A stretch of DNA of 64,000 bases from Eledone cirrhosa (taxonomy: Eukaryota), in assembly GCA_964016885.1 (NCBI GenBank), contig OZ024766.1:8742001-8806000 (forward strand), in the 5' to 3' direction. Positions 13,290 to 27,382 of the stretch are shown here, in pieces. How positions within the stretch are numbered: position 1 is the stretch's first letter; every line of letters begins with the position of its first letter. Below the pieces are notes generated by a model. It searched no databases and was not told the origin of the DNA. It saw only the letters and a program-made list of their open reading frames with translations. Both the position numbers and the translations under genes were made by a program.

Positions 13290-13470
13290 TATCATCATCA
13301 TCATCCTCGTCGTCATCATCATTGTTTAACGTCCACCTTCCACGCTAGCATGGGTCAGACGGGATTGGTCGGGAGACTCTGTTTCACTCGAACGGAAGTG
13401 ACTCTTCTTTCTAATCTACACAAGTCTTCGTCACACAACGCCCACGTCTCACTACAATGTAATATCACCG
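13290..13470 (-). mobile_element. RTE LINE remnant with (GAT)n tail
   Basis: tttaacgtcc...tagcatgggtcagacgg terminus plus a reverse-strand SETWAL...DLCRLER coding remnant. Confidence 0.6.
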
Positions 13471-13883
13471 AAAAATATATATTTTATTCAATTAATGAAG
13501 CTTGGTTGATCATATACTCCGCCGACATTTTTGTAAATAGATGTAAAGTACTCTACAATTTGTATTCCTTAGGATTTTCTCCATTAGGTATCAACCAGAG
13601 TTTCAATATTATGAATAAGAGAAACAGTTTTATGTGTACATCTTCTCTTTAGCACATAGTTCTGTTATATGTATTTCAAAATACGTATAACAGAAATATG
13701 TAATAAAAAGATGTACACATAAAACCGTCACTCTTATTCATAATATATATATATATGTATGTATGTGTGTGTTTGTTTGTATGTATGTATGTGTACATAT
13801 GTACATACCAGAATATATATTTATGTGTGTGTGTGAACATATTAAACACTCACAAATGTGTATGTAGCTCTACAGAGACCTAC

Positions 13884-14062
13884 CTCATCAATTGGAAGCT
13901 CATTCCAAATATCCAGAATTGGATGCCGGAAAAAATTAGGACAGAAATTTCCAACACATTTCTCCACCTTCCAAGTCGACGCATTTCCTATATTAAGGAA
14001 GGAATTATAGACTAACGAGTTTGCTCCCATTGATAAGGCATACACCTTAATCCATTTATCTC
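13884..14062 (-). CDS. Coding exon 2 of the same gene
   Basis: tttcag acceptor, GTAGGT donor, 179 nt (phase 1 to 0). Encodes (R)DKWIKVYALSMGANSLVYNSF...CPNFFRHPILDIWNELPIDE. Confidence 0.88.
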
Positions 14063-14109
14063 CTGAAATAATAATAATAATAACAATAATGATAATAATA
14101 ATAATAATA

Positions 14110-14305
14110 ATAATTGTTTCTACTTTAGGCACAAGGCCAGCAATTATCCCAGTACATTACTGGTACTTTATTTTATCAACCCCGTAAGGATGAAAGGCAA
14201 AGTCAACCTCGGCGGGATTTGAACTCAAACCGTAAAGGGCCGTAACTCTATGCGCAAAAGCATGGCGTCCGACCCTCTACCGATACTGCCAATTCACCGC
14301 CCTTA
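14110..14305 (-). mobile_element. tRNA-derived SINE (further copies 35447-35638, 37418-37597, 44034-44220, 45000-45186, 49768-49958, 60191-60367, and 63890-64000 on +)
   Basis: About 190-bp conserved unit aattgtttctactttaggcacaaggccagc...gggatttgaactc...gatactgccaat. Confidence 0.85.
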
Positions 14306-15050
14306 ATAATAATAATGATTTCATTTATTGGCCACAGGGGCCGACATGTAGGGGACAATACAAAGACAGGGACAGTGGGGGTTTACAATAAGGTCGAGTA
14401 AAAGTGTACAATGGCAAGACTAATTTAACAATGAAGATATACAAATATAAAATAAACTACGCATAAATATAACAAAATAAATTCCCCAATGGGAGGGGGG
14501 GGGCGACCCATGGGTGACTCAGGTACCCCACCAATCCTGAACCACCCTGCATTTCTAGGGCACCCAAGGAGAGCAGCCCTCTCCTCAAATTAGCTAGCCT
14601 ATAGGCCACATTCATCCACCTTTTAGAAAATGTACTGGGGGGGGGGGGGGCAGCACTTCTCTCTCCACCCTCACCTTCCTTTGTTAATAACCAGCCTCTA
14701 GGCGCATGGTCAGCGTAGGCCCATTCACACGGGCCATTCTCTCCACATTCATCCACCTTTTAGGCAAATGTACTGGGGGGACAGCACTTCTCTCTCCACC
14801 CTCACCTTCCTTTCCAGGTGAAACTTGAAGAAGTTGATGAGGGATTGGCCGAAGAGAAAAGTGTCTGTCTTCAGTCCTTTCAATCTGGTCCACCCTATAA
14901 CCTCTTTCGCAACGGCCACCAGACAGAGGAAAATTGCCTGCTCTTCCTGACCAAAGGAAGGCGGGGGGTCGATCTTCACTATGGACTCGGCCGATAGCCG
15001 GATCCGTTCTACACGCGACAACAGCTGTTCGACATAACTCCACAAGTCAG
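14305..15050 (-). mobile_element. L1/Tx1-type LINE 3' fragment
   Basis: Translates to LWSYVEQLLSRV...AIFLCLVAVAKEVIGWTRLKG...FFKFHLERKVRVEREVLS; (TTA)n tail. Confidence 0.65.
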
Positions 15051-15112
15051 TAATAATAATAATAATAATGCTTTCTTTATTAACAACAAGGGTTGACACA
15101 AAGTAGACATTA

Positions 15113-18100
15113 AGGACAGTACAGGACAACACAGGACAATACAGGACAACACAGGACAGTACAGGACAATACAGGACAATACAGGACAACACAGGACAAC
15201 ACAGGACAACACAGGACAACACAGGACAGTACAGGACAATACAGGACAGTACAGGACAACACAGGACAATATAGGACAGTACAGGACAATACAGGACAGT
15301 ACAGGACAACACAGGACAGTACAGGACAACACAGGACAGTACAGGACAACACAGGACAGTACAGGACAACACAGGACAGTACAGGACAATACAGGACAGT
15401 ACAGGACAATATAGAACAGTACAGGACAGTACAGGACAATACAGGACAGTACAGGACAGTACAGGACAATACAGGACAGTACAGGACAATACAGGACAAT
15501 ACAGGACAACACAGGACAATACAGGATAATACAGGACAACACAGGACAGTACAGGACAGCACAGGACAATATAGGACAACACAGGACAATATAGGACAGT
15601 ACAGGACAGTACAGGACAATACAGGACAATACAGGACAACACAGGACAACACAGGACAATACAGGACAGCACAGGACAATACAGGACAATACATGACAAC
15701 ACAGGACAATACAGGACAGTACAGGACAATACAGGACAATACAGGACAGTACAGGACAATATAGGACAGTACAGGACAATACAGATCAGTACATGACAAT
15801 ACAGGACAACACAGGACAATACAGGACAATATAGGACAGTACAGGACAATACAGATCAATACATGACAATACAGGACAGTACAGGACAACACAGGACAAT
15901 ACAGGACAGTACAGGACCATACAGGACAGTACAGGACAATACAGGACAATACAGGACATTACAGGACAATACAGGACATTACAGGACAACACAGGACAGT
16001 ACATGACAATACAGGACAATACAGGACAACACAGGACAATACAGGACAATACAGGACAGTACAGGACAATACAGGACAGTACAGGACAACACAGGACAAT
16101 ACAGGACAGTACAGGACAATGCAGGACAGTACAGGACAACACAGGACAGTACAGGACAATACAGGACAACACAGGACAGTACAGGGCAATACAGGACAGT
16201 ACAGGACAATACAGGACAATACAGGACAATACAGGACAACAGGACAATACAGGACAACACAGGACAACACAGGACAATACAGGACAATACAGGACAACTC
16301 ATGACAATACAGGATAGTACAGGACAACACAGGACAGCACAGGACAGTACAGGACAATACAGGACAATATAGGACAGTACAGGACAGTACAGGACAATAC
16401 AGGACAACACAGGACAATACAGGACAACACACGACAGTACAGGACAACACAGGACAGTACATGACAGTACAGGACAACACAGGACAGTACATGACAGTAC
16501 AGGACAATACAGGACAACACAGGACAGTACAGGACAATACAGGACAACACAGGACAGTACAGGACAATACAGGACAACACAGGACAATACAGGTCAGTAC
16601 AGGACAACACAGGACAATATAGGACAATACAGGATAATACAGGTCAGTACATGACAATACAGAACAACACAGGACAGTACAGGACAATACAGGACAACAC
16701 AGGACAGTACATGACAGTACAGGACAACACAGGACAGTACAGGACAACACGGGACAGTACAGGACAGTACAGGACAGTACAGGACAACACAGGACAACAC
16801 AGGACAATACAGGACAGTACAGGACAATATAGGACAGTACAGGACAATACAGATCAGTACATGACAATACAGGACAATATAGGACAGTACAGGACAATAC
16901 AGATCAGTACATGACAATACAGGACAGTACAGGACAATACAGGACAGTACAGGACAGTACAGGACAATACAGGACATTACAGGACAACACAGGAGAGTAC
17001 ATGACAATACAGGACAATACAGGACAACACAGGACAGTACAGGACAGTACAGAACAGTACAGGACAATACAGGACAGTACAGGACAACACAGGACAATAC
17101 AGGACAGTACAGGACAACACAGGACAGTACAGGACAACACAGGACAGTACAGGACAATACAGGACAGTACAGGACAACACAGGACAATACAGGACAGTAC
17201 AGGACAACACAGGACAGTACAGGACAATACAGGACAGTACAGGACAATACAGGACAACTCAGGACAATACAGGACAGTACAGGACAATACAGGACAGTAC
17301 AGGACAATACAGGACAACTCATGACAATACAGGACAACACAGGACAATACAGGACAGTACAGGACAATACAGGACAATACAGGACAACACAGGACAACAC
17401 AGGACAGTACATGACAGTACAGGACAGTACAGGACAATACAGGACAATACAGGACAGTCCAGGACAATACAGGACAATATAGGACAGTACAGGACAATAC
17501 AGGTCAACACAGGACAATACAGGACAGTACAGGACAACACAGGACAGTACAGGACAATACAGGACAGTACAGGACAATACAGGACAACTCAGGACAATAC
17601 AGGACAGTACAGGACAATACAGGACAGTACAGGACAATACAGGACAACTCATGACAATACAGGAAAACACAGGACAATACAGGACAGTACAGGACAATAC
17701 AGGACAATACAGGACAACACAGGACAACACAGGACAGTACATGACAGTACATGACAGTACAGGACAATACAGGACAGTCCAGGACAATACAGGACAATAT
17801 AGGACAGTACAGGACAATACAGGACAACACAGGACAATACAGGACAGTACAGGACAACACAGGACAGTACATGACAGTACAGGACAACACAGGACAGTAC
17901 ATGTCAGTACAGGACAACACAGGACAATACATGACAGTACAGGACAATACAGGACAACACAGGACAGTACAGGACAGTACAGGACAATACAGGACAACAC
18001 AGGACAATACAGGTCAGTACATGACAATACAGAACAACACAGGACAGTACAGGACAATACAGGACAGTACATGACAGTACAGGACAATACAGGACAATAC

Positions 18101-21100
18101 AGGACAGTACAGGACAACACAGGACATTACAGGACAACACAGGACAGTACAGGACAATACAGGACAGTACAGGACAATACAGGACAACACAGGACAACAC
18201 AGGACAGTACAGGTCAGTACAGGACAGTACAAGACAGTACAGGACAACACAGGACATTACAGGACAGTACAGGACAGTAGAGGACAACACAGGACAACAC
18301 AGGACAATACAGGACAACACAGGACAGTACAGGACAACACAGGACAGTACAGGACAATACAGGACAACACAGGACAATACAGGTCAGTACATGACAATAC
18401 AGGACAACACAGGACAATATAGGACAGTACAGGACAATACAGGACAATATAGGACAGTACAGGACAATACAGGACAACACAGGACAGTACATGACAGTAC
18501 AGGACAATACAGGACAGTACAGGACAATACAGGACAATACAGGACAGTACAGGACAGTACAGGACAACACAGGACATTACAGGACAACACAGGACAGTAC
18601 AGGACAATACAGGATAGTACAGGACAATACAGGACAACACAGGACAATACAGGACAACACAGGACAGTACAGGACAACACAGGACAATACAGGAGAGTAC
18701 AGGACAACACAGGACAGTACAGGACAACACAGGACATTACAGGACAGTACAGGACAGTAGAGGACAACACAGGACAATACAGGACAGTACAGGACAATAT
18801 AGGAGAGTACATGACAATACAGGACAACACAGGACAATACAGGACAACACAGGACAGTACAGGACAATACAGGACAATACAGGACAATACAGGACAATAC
18901 AGGACAATATAGGACAGTACAGGACAACACAGGACAATACAGGACAGTACAGGACAATACAGGACAACACAGGACAATACAGGACAATACAGGACAACAC
19001 AGGACAGTACAGGACAACACAGGACAATACAGGACAGTACAGGACAATACAGGACAATACAGGACAATATAGGACAGTACAGGACAACACAGGACAATAC
19101 AGGACAATACAGGACAATACAGGACAACACAGGACAGTACAGGACAGTACAGGACAACACAGGACAATACAGGACAGTACAGGACAATACAGGACAATAC
19201 AGGACAGTACATGACAACACAGGACAATGCAGGACAATACAGGACAGTACATGACAACACAGGACAATACAGGACAGTACAGGACAACACAGGACAGTAC
19301 AGGACAATACAGGACAGTACATGACAACACAGGACAATGCAGGACAATACAGGACAGTACATGACAACACAGGACAATACAGGACAACACAGGACAGTAC
19401 AGGACAGTACATGACAACACAGGACAGTACAGGACAACACAGGACAACACAGGACAGTACAGGACAGTACATGACAACACAGGACAATACAGGACTGTAC
19501 AGGACAACACAGGACAACACAGGACAGTACATGACAGTACATGACAGTACATGACAACACAGGACAACACAGGACAGTACATGACAGTACATGACAGTAC
19601 ATGACAACACAGGACAACACAGGACAGTACATGACAGTACATGACAGTACATGACAACACAGGACAACACAGGACAATGCAGGACAGTGCAGGACAACAC
19701 AGGACAACACAGGACAATACAGGACATTACAGGACAATACAGGACAGTTCCGGACAATATAGGACAGTACAGGACAATACAGGACAATACAGGTCAGTAC
19801 ATGACAATACAGGACAATACAGGACAACACAGGACAATACAGGACAATACAGGACAACACAGGACAGTACAGGACAGTACAGGACAACACAGGACAATAC
19901 AGGACAGTACAGGACAATACAGGACAGTACAGGACAACACAGGACAATACAGGACAGTACAGGACAATACAGGACAGTACAGGACAATACAGGACAACAC
20001 AGGACAGTACAGGACAGTACAGGACAACACAGGACAGTACAGGATAACACAGGACAGTACAGGACAGTACATGACAACACAGGACAGTACAGGACAGTAC
20101 AGGACAGTACAGGACAATACAGGACAGTACAGGACAGTACAGGACAGTACAGGACAGTATATGACAACACAGGACAACACAGGACAACACAGGACAACAC
20201 AGGACAGTACAGGACAGTACAGGACAACACAGGACAACACAGGACAACACAGGACAGTACATGACAATACAGGACAGTACAGGACAGTACATGACAACAC
20301 AGGACAATATAGGACGATACAGGACAATACAGGACAATACATGACAATACAGGACAGTACAGGACAGTACATGACAATACAGGACAACACAGGACAACAC
20401 AGGACAACACAGGACAACACAGGACAGTACATGACAATACAGGACAATACAGGACAATACAGGACAACACAGGACAACACAGGACAACACAGGACAACAC
20501 AGGACAGTACATGACAATACAGGACAATACAGGACAATACAGGACAACACAGGACAATACAGGACGATACAGGACAATACAGGACAATACATGACAATAC
20601 AGGACAGTACAGGACAGTACATGACAATACAGGACAGTACATGACAATACAGGACAATACAGGACAATACAGGACAGTACATGACAATACAGGACAGTAA
20701 AGGACAATACAGGACAACACAGGACAGTACAGGACAACACAGGACAACACAGGACAGTACATGACAATACAGGACAATACAGGACAATACAGGACAATAC
20801 AGGACAATACAGGACAGTACAGGACAGTACAGGACAATACAGGACAACACAGGACAACACAGGACAGTACATGACAACACAGGACAATACAGGACAACAC
20901 AGGACAGTACATGACAACACAGGACAATGCAGGACAATACAGGACAATACAGGACAATACAGGACAGTACATGACAATACAGGACAACACAGGACAGTAC
21001 AGGACAACACAGGACAATGCAGGACAATACAGGACAATACAGGACAATACAGGACAGTACATGACAATACAGGACAACACAGGACAGTACATGACAACAC

Positions 21101-22865
21101 AGGACAATATAGGACAACACAGGACAGTACAGGACAGTACATGACAACACTGGACAGTACAGGACAGTACATGACAGTACATGACAACACAGGACAACAC
21201 AGGACAGTACAGGACAACACAGGACAGTACATGACAGTACAGGACAGTACAGGACAGTACATGACAACACAGGACAACACAGGACAGTACAGGACAACAC
21301 AGGACAGTACAGGACAGTACATGACAACACAGGACAGTACAGGACAGTACAGGACAGTACAGGACAACACAGGACAATACAGGACAGTACAGGACAACAC
21401 AGGACAACACAGGACAATACAGGACAGTACAGGACAATACAGGACAGTACAGGACAACACAGGACAACACAGGACAGTACAACACAGGACAACACAGGAC
21501 AATGCAGGACAGTGCAGGACAACACAGGACAATACAGGACATTACAGGACAATACAGGACAGTACAGGACAATATAGGACAGTACAGGACAATACAGGAC
21601 AATACAGGACAATACAGGACAGTACAGGACAATATAGGACAGTACAGGACAATACAGGACAATACAGGACAATACAGGTCAGTACAGGACAATATAGGAC
21701 AGTACAGGACAATACAGGACAGTACAGGACAATATAGGACAATACAGGTCAGTACAGGACAATATAGGACAGTACAGGACAATACAGGACAGTACAGGAC
21801 AGTACATGACAACACAGGACAGTACAGGACAGTACAGGACAGTACAGGACAACACAAGACAATACAGGACAGTACAGGACAACACAGGACAACACAGGAC
21901 AATACAGGACAGTACAGGACAATACAGGACAGTACAGGACAACACAGGACAATACAGGACAACACAGGACAGTACAACACAGGACAACACAGGTCAATGC
22001 AGGACAGTGCAGGACAATACAGGACATTACAGGACAATACAGGACAGTACAGGACAATATAGGACAGTACAGGACAATACAGGACAATACAGGACAATAC
22101 AGGACAGTACAGGACAATATAGGACAGTACAGGACAATACAGGACAATACAGGTCAGTACAGGACAATATAGGACAGTACAGGACAATACAGGACAATAC
22201 AGGACAGTACAGGACAATATAGGACAATACAGGTCAGTACAGGACAATATAGGACAGTACAGGACAATACAGGACAATACAGGACAATACAGGTCAGTAC
22301 AGGACAATATAGGACAGTACAGGACAATACAGGACAATACAGGACAATACAGGTCAGTACATGACAGTACAGGACAGTACATGACAACAAAGGACAGTAC
22401 ATGACAATACAGGACAGTACAGGACAATACAGGACAATACAGGACAATACAGGTCAGTACATGACAATACAGGACAACACAGGACAGTACATGACAGTAC
22501 AGGACAGTACAGGACAGTACATGACAACAAAGGACAGTACATGACAATACAGGACAGTACATGACAACAAAGGACAGTACATGACAATACAGGACAGTAC
22601 AGGACAATACAGGACAATACAGGACAATACAGGACAATACAGGACAATACAGGACAATACAGGTCAGTACAGGACAACACAGGACAACACAGGACAATAC
22701 AGGACAATACAGGACAATACAGGACAGTACATGACAACAAAGGACAGTACATGACAATACAGGACAGTTACAGGACAATACAGGACAATACAGGACAGTA
22801 CAGGACAGTACAGGACAGTACAGGACAACACAGGACAGTACATGACAATACAGGACAGTACAGGA
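15113..22865. repeat. 10-bp satellite ACAGGACA(AT/GT/AC), about 7.7 kb
   Basis: Continuous decamer array with three main variants. Confidence 0.97.
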
Positions 22866-23871
22866 TGGTACAAATGGGCATTTCTGCGTGTAAAAAAAAC
22901 AAAAAAACAGAGGATGTGACAAAAAAGGAAAACAAGGAAAAATTTCCCAATAGGGGGGAGGGGGGGAGACTTCCGAGGTTCGCTCGTGGAGAAAGCCCAC
23001 AAAAAAGCCACAGTTACCCTGATTGCTAGGGTAACTGTGGCCTCCGAGTAGGCCCATTCTCACGGGCCATGCTTGCCTCTCTCACCCACCTTTCAGCAAA
23101 CTGGCTGGAAGTCAGCACTTCCCTCTCCACCCTGATTTTCTTTTTCAGGTGAAACCTGAAAAAGTTAATGAGGGCGTCACCGAAGAGGAAAGTACCCGTC
23201 TTCAACTCTTTCGGACATGACCACCAGGCAGATAAAAACTGCCTGCCCTTCCCGGCTAAAGGCCGGCGGTGGGGAAATTCTCACGATGGACTCAGCTGAT
23301 AGCCAGATCTGTTCTACACGTGACAGCAGGTGTTCCACATAAACCCCCAAGTCAGCAATGCTCGGACACTGGACGAGTGCGTCCAGGCCAGGGATTTCTG
23401 GAAGTTGTCCATGGGCCCTGGCCCGAAAGTTCTCCCGATGAGATTGGCTGGTTGCTTTTCGTCGAGGCCCAGAGTCTCCCCCAGGACGTCATCGCTCTTT
23501 CCCTCTACTAACCCTCTATAGAACGCTAAGGTGGAGTTTCCACCGATCGTATTGCCCGACTGGTCGAGGGCTGTAAGCGCCTGCAGACATTCCAGCCTCC
23601 AAGCGCTTCCTCTCGGTCTTCGCTTGACCCAGGACTGCAGCTCCGTCAAGGAGACAAGCTGGGCAAAAACGCATCTAGCAAAGGGCGACCACACCTGATC
23701 ACCGTCGAGGAAGAGGTGGGTATGCCGTAGCCTGAGCGCATGTCTGCGCTCATCAGCCACGGCATGCCCAGTTCTCCGCGTAGCGGGTGTTGACAGCAGA
23801 TGGACCGTCTGACCATCGGAGCACGTCCCTTCTACAAAAAGCGAAAGAGCAAACGCTACAGCGCAGGGAGG

Positions 23872-25055
23872 TAAGCTAAGCTATCCTAAGCTAAGCTAAG
23901 CTAAGCTATCCTAAGCTAAGCTATCCTAAGCTAAGCTAAGCTAAGCTATCCTAAGCTATCCTAAGCTAAGCTATCCTAAGCTAAGATATCCTAAGCTATC
24001 CTAAGCTAAGCTATCCTAAGCTATCCTAAGCTAAGATATCCTAAGCTATCCTAAGCTAAGCTATCCTAAGCTATCCTAAGCTAAGCTATCCTAAGCTAAG
24101 CTATCCTAAGCTATCCTAAGCTAAGCTATCCTAAGCTATCCTAAGCTAAGCTATCCTAAGCTAAGCTAAGCTAAGCTAAGCTAAGCTATCCTAAGCTAAG
24201 CTAAGCTAAGCTATCCTAAGCTAAGCTAAGCTAAGCTATCCAAAGCTATCCTAAGCTAAGCTATCCTAAGCTATCCTAAGCTAAGCTATCCTAAGCTATC
24301 CAAAGCTATCCTAAGCTAAGCTATCCTAAGCTAGCCTAAGCTAAGCTATCCTAAGCTAAGCTATCCTAAGCTATCCTAAGCTAAGCTATCCTAAGCTATC
24401 CTAAGCTAAGCTATCCTAAGCTATCCTAAGCTAAGCTATCCTAAGCTATCCTAAGCTAAGCTATCCTAAGCTATCCTAAGCTAAGCTAAGCTAAGCTATC
24501 CTAAGCTAAGCTAAGCTAAGCTATCCTAAGCTAAGCTAAGCTAAGCTATCCTAAGCTAAGCTAAGCTAAGCTATCCAAAGCTAAGCTATCCTAAGCTATC
24601 CTAAGCTAAGCTATCCTAAGCTATCCTAAGCTAAGCTATCCTAAGCTATCCTAAGCTATCCTAAGCTAAGCTATCCTAAGCTATCCTAAGCTAAGCTAAG
24701 CTAAGCTATCCTAAGCTATCCTAAGCTAAGCTATCCTAAGCTATCCTAAGCTAAGCTATCCTAAGCTATCCTAAGCTAAGCTATCCTAAGCTATCCTAAG
24801 CTAAGCTATCCTAAGCTATCCTAAGCTAAGCTAAGCTAAGCTATCCTAAGCTAAGCTATCCTAAGCTAAGCTAAGCTAAGCTATCCTAAGCTAAGCTAAG
24901 CTAAGCTAAGCTATCCTAAGCTAAGCTAAGCTAAGCTATCCAAAGCTATCCTAAGCTAAGCTAAGCTAAGCTATCCAAAGCTATCCTAAGCTAAGCTATC
25001 CTAAGCTAAGCTAAGCTAAGCTATCCAAAGCTATCCTAAGCTAAGCTATCCTAAG
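23872..25055. repeat. Pentamer satellite of mixed CTAAG and CTATC units
   Basis: About 1.2 kb of two interspersed pentamers, with occasional CAAAG. Confidence 0.97.
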
Positions 25056-25408
25056 GATAGCTTAGGACAAGGCACGACGGTCAGGCGGAAGTAGATGACG
25101 GATGCGACGTACACGTTCGCTACTTCCGCTCGACCTTTCGGGGATACCTTCCTCTCGGCCCATTTCTGGGTGAGAGAGGCCACCCTGCTCATCACCTCGT
25201 CCCAGTTTTTGTCCGTCTGGAGATCCGGACCGAACCAGATCCCTAGCAATTTAGCCGGTCCGACCGTCCAGCGCCCGAGGACGTTGTTGGACGGCGTGGA
25301 CCTGCCTCTCCAGGTACCGAGTTGCAGGCCCGCCGACTATTCCTGCTTGATCATTGCTCCTGTCACCGCCTCGTATTCTCTTAGTGTGGTGCCCATCGCC
25401 TCCATGTG

Positions 25409-26152
25409 TAATAATAATAATGTTTTCTTTCTTAACCACAAGGGTTGACATAAAGTATGACATTAAGGACGGTACAGGATGGTACAAACGGGCATTTCTG
25501 AGTGTAAAGAAAAAACAAAGGAAGTAACACAAAAAAATACAAGGAAAATTCCCCAATAGCGGGATAGGGGGGGGGGGGGGGACTTCCGAGGTACACTCGT
25601 GGAGAAAGCCCATTAAAAAAGCCACGGTGACCCTGACCACCAGAGCAAGTGCCCTCTCCCAGTTTTCCATCTCCAATTTACAGGCGCATACTCAGAGCAG
25701 CATGGCCCATTCACACGGGCCATGCTTTTTTCTCTCACCCATCTTTTAACAAATTGATAATTTTCCTTTTCAAATGAACTTTGAAAAGGTTAATCAGAGC
25801 ATCACCGAAAAGGTAAGGGCTCATCTTCATCACACGATCTCTTTCGCCATAGCAGGCCCATTCACACGGGCCATGCTTTTTTCTCTCACCCATCTTTTAA
25901 CAAATTGATAATTTTCCTTTTCAAATGAACTTTGAAAAGGTTAATCAGAGCATCACCGAAAAGGTAAGGGCTCATCTTCATCACACGATCTCTTTCGCCA
26001 TAGCCACCAAGCAGATAAAAACTGCCTTCCCTTCCTGGCTAAAGGAAGACAGCAAGGCAATCCTCACAATGGACTCACCTGATAGCCGGATCCGACCTAC
26101 ACGCGACAGCAGGTATTTGACATAAACCCACAAGTCAGCAATGCTCGGACAC
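25409..26152 (-). mobile_element. Third L1/Tx1-type 3' fragment with a 151-bp internal duplication
   Basis: Homologous to 22865-23370; ggcccattcacacgggcc at 25704 and 25855. Confidence 0.65.
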
Positions 26153-26159
26153 TAATAAT

Positions 26160-26372
26160 AGTTTTAAAGGATTTGGGACTGTTATGAGATCAAAGTCGTC
26201 CCGATTGTCATAGGAGAACTAGGGACTATCTGAAAGAGTTTTCAAGGATGGTTAATGAACATTAGTCCAGCCCCCTTTTTTTTTTTTGGAACACTTCAAA
26301 AGGCATGCTTGCTGGGAACAGCAAGAACCCTCCGATACGTCCTGAATATCTGAGGCTGCAGGTAGCGGCATG
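26160..26372 (+). mobile_element. 3' end of a restriction-like-endonuclease LINE (R4/Dong-like)
   Basis: Decayed translation IKVVPIVIGELGTI...LQKACLLGTARTLRYVLNI-stop. Confidence 0.6.
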
Positions 26373-26848
26373 CCGATTTGATTTCTTGCGTATATTTCAT
26401 TTTAATCAAAGGGTTCCCCGGGGGCCCAAACCCCCGCTGAAAATTTTTCCCTTCGATTTACATGAAATTTAAACCAAAATTTCAGAAAATTTCAATTATA
26501 TTAAGACACCCTAATGGGGGTTAAACCCCCCTATAGTGGAAATTTTGTTAGCCCATAACTTGAGTATTGGAACCTCTATTATCACGAGGGTTTTCTATAA
26601 ATTAAACATAAATCAACAAAAAAAGCAGCTCTCTTTTATAGTAAAATTTGTGTAATTTAGACATTTTATCTATGGCAAAACATCACTAGAATTATGACAA
26701 CAAAAATTATTAGTTAATGCCTCTACTTTTTTAATATTTTCCCTTTATTTTTTCTCCATAAATTATATCATTGATTTAAAATCAATCATCATTTTCTTAC
26801 AGAAAAATTGTGTGAAATGCAGCAAGGAGCGGGTAATCCGACTAGTAA

Positions 26849-27359
26849 TCTATGTACATAAATGGCAATTTCTGTCTGTTTGTGTGTGTGTTTGTTTGGG
26901 GATTTGTTTGTGAACCTAAAGCTCAAAAACTACCAAACCGATCTTGATGAAACTTGAAACCTGTGTGGGACCCATGCACATTTCAAATCTTACGTATATT
27001 TCATTTTAATCAAAGGGTTCCACGGGGACTCAAACCCCCGCTTAAAATTCTTTCTCTTCGATTTATATGAAATTTAAACCATAGGTAAATGACAACATAA
27101 GATGCCTATTCACAAAAGCTTTGAATTGATATTTTTAAAAAAATTATTTACAAGAAACAAAATAAGAATAAGATTTAATGTAATTTTGATTTGATATATT
27201 ACAAAAAATGTTTTCCAATTTTTCATGGATTACATTTTACATTGAGTAATATTGAAATGCAGAGTTTTTCTCCATAATTTATATCACTGATTTAAAGCAA
27301 GCATCATTTTCTTCCAAAAAAATGTGTGAAACGCAGCAAGGCACGGGTAATTCAGCTAG
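26849..27359 (+). mobile_element. Non-autonomous Helitron (a 5'-truncated sister copy at 26385-26845)
   Basis: Starts TC(TATG), ends CTAG after a GC-rich subterminal segment, and sits between A and T. The sister copy also ends in CTAG-T. Confidence 0.7.
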
Positions 27360-27382
27360 TATTAGTAATAAAGGTAACTTAC

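Larger units (their letters stand above)
15051..25408 (-). mobile_element. L1/Tx1-type LINE 3' portion interrupted by two satellites
   Basis: LGIWFGPDLQTDKNWDEVMSRV...KGRAEVANVYVASVIYFRLTVVPCP (25249-25060) continues at 23870-22870; the 3' UTR and (TTA)n tail end at 15051. Confidence 0.7.

Noticed and set aside
14749-23063. Very long Cys-rich (VLYCPVLSC) and QDNTGQ ORFs up to 1089 aa
   Set aside because: Translations of a 10-bp satellite that is open in multiple frames and embedded in a LINE 3' UTR.
23872-25055. Possible interstitial telomere repeat
   Set aside because: Units are CTTAG/GATAG rather than TTAGGG, and they match the adjacent LINE sequence.
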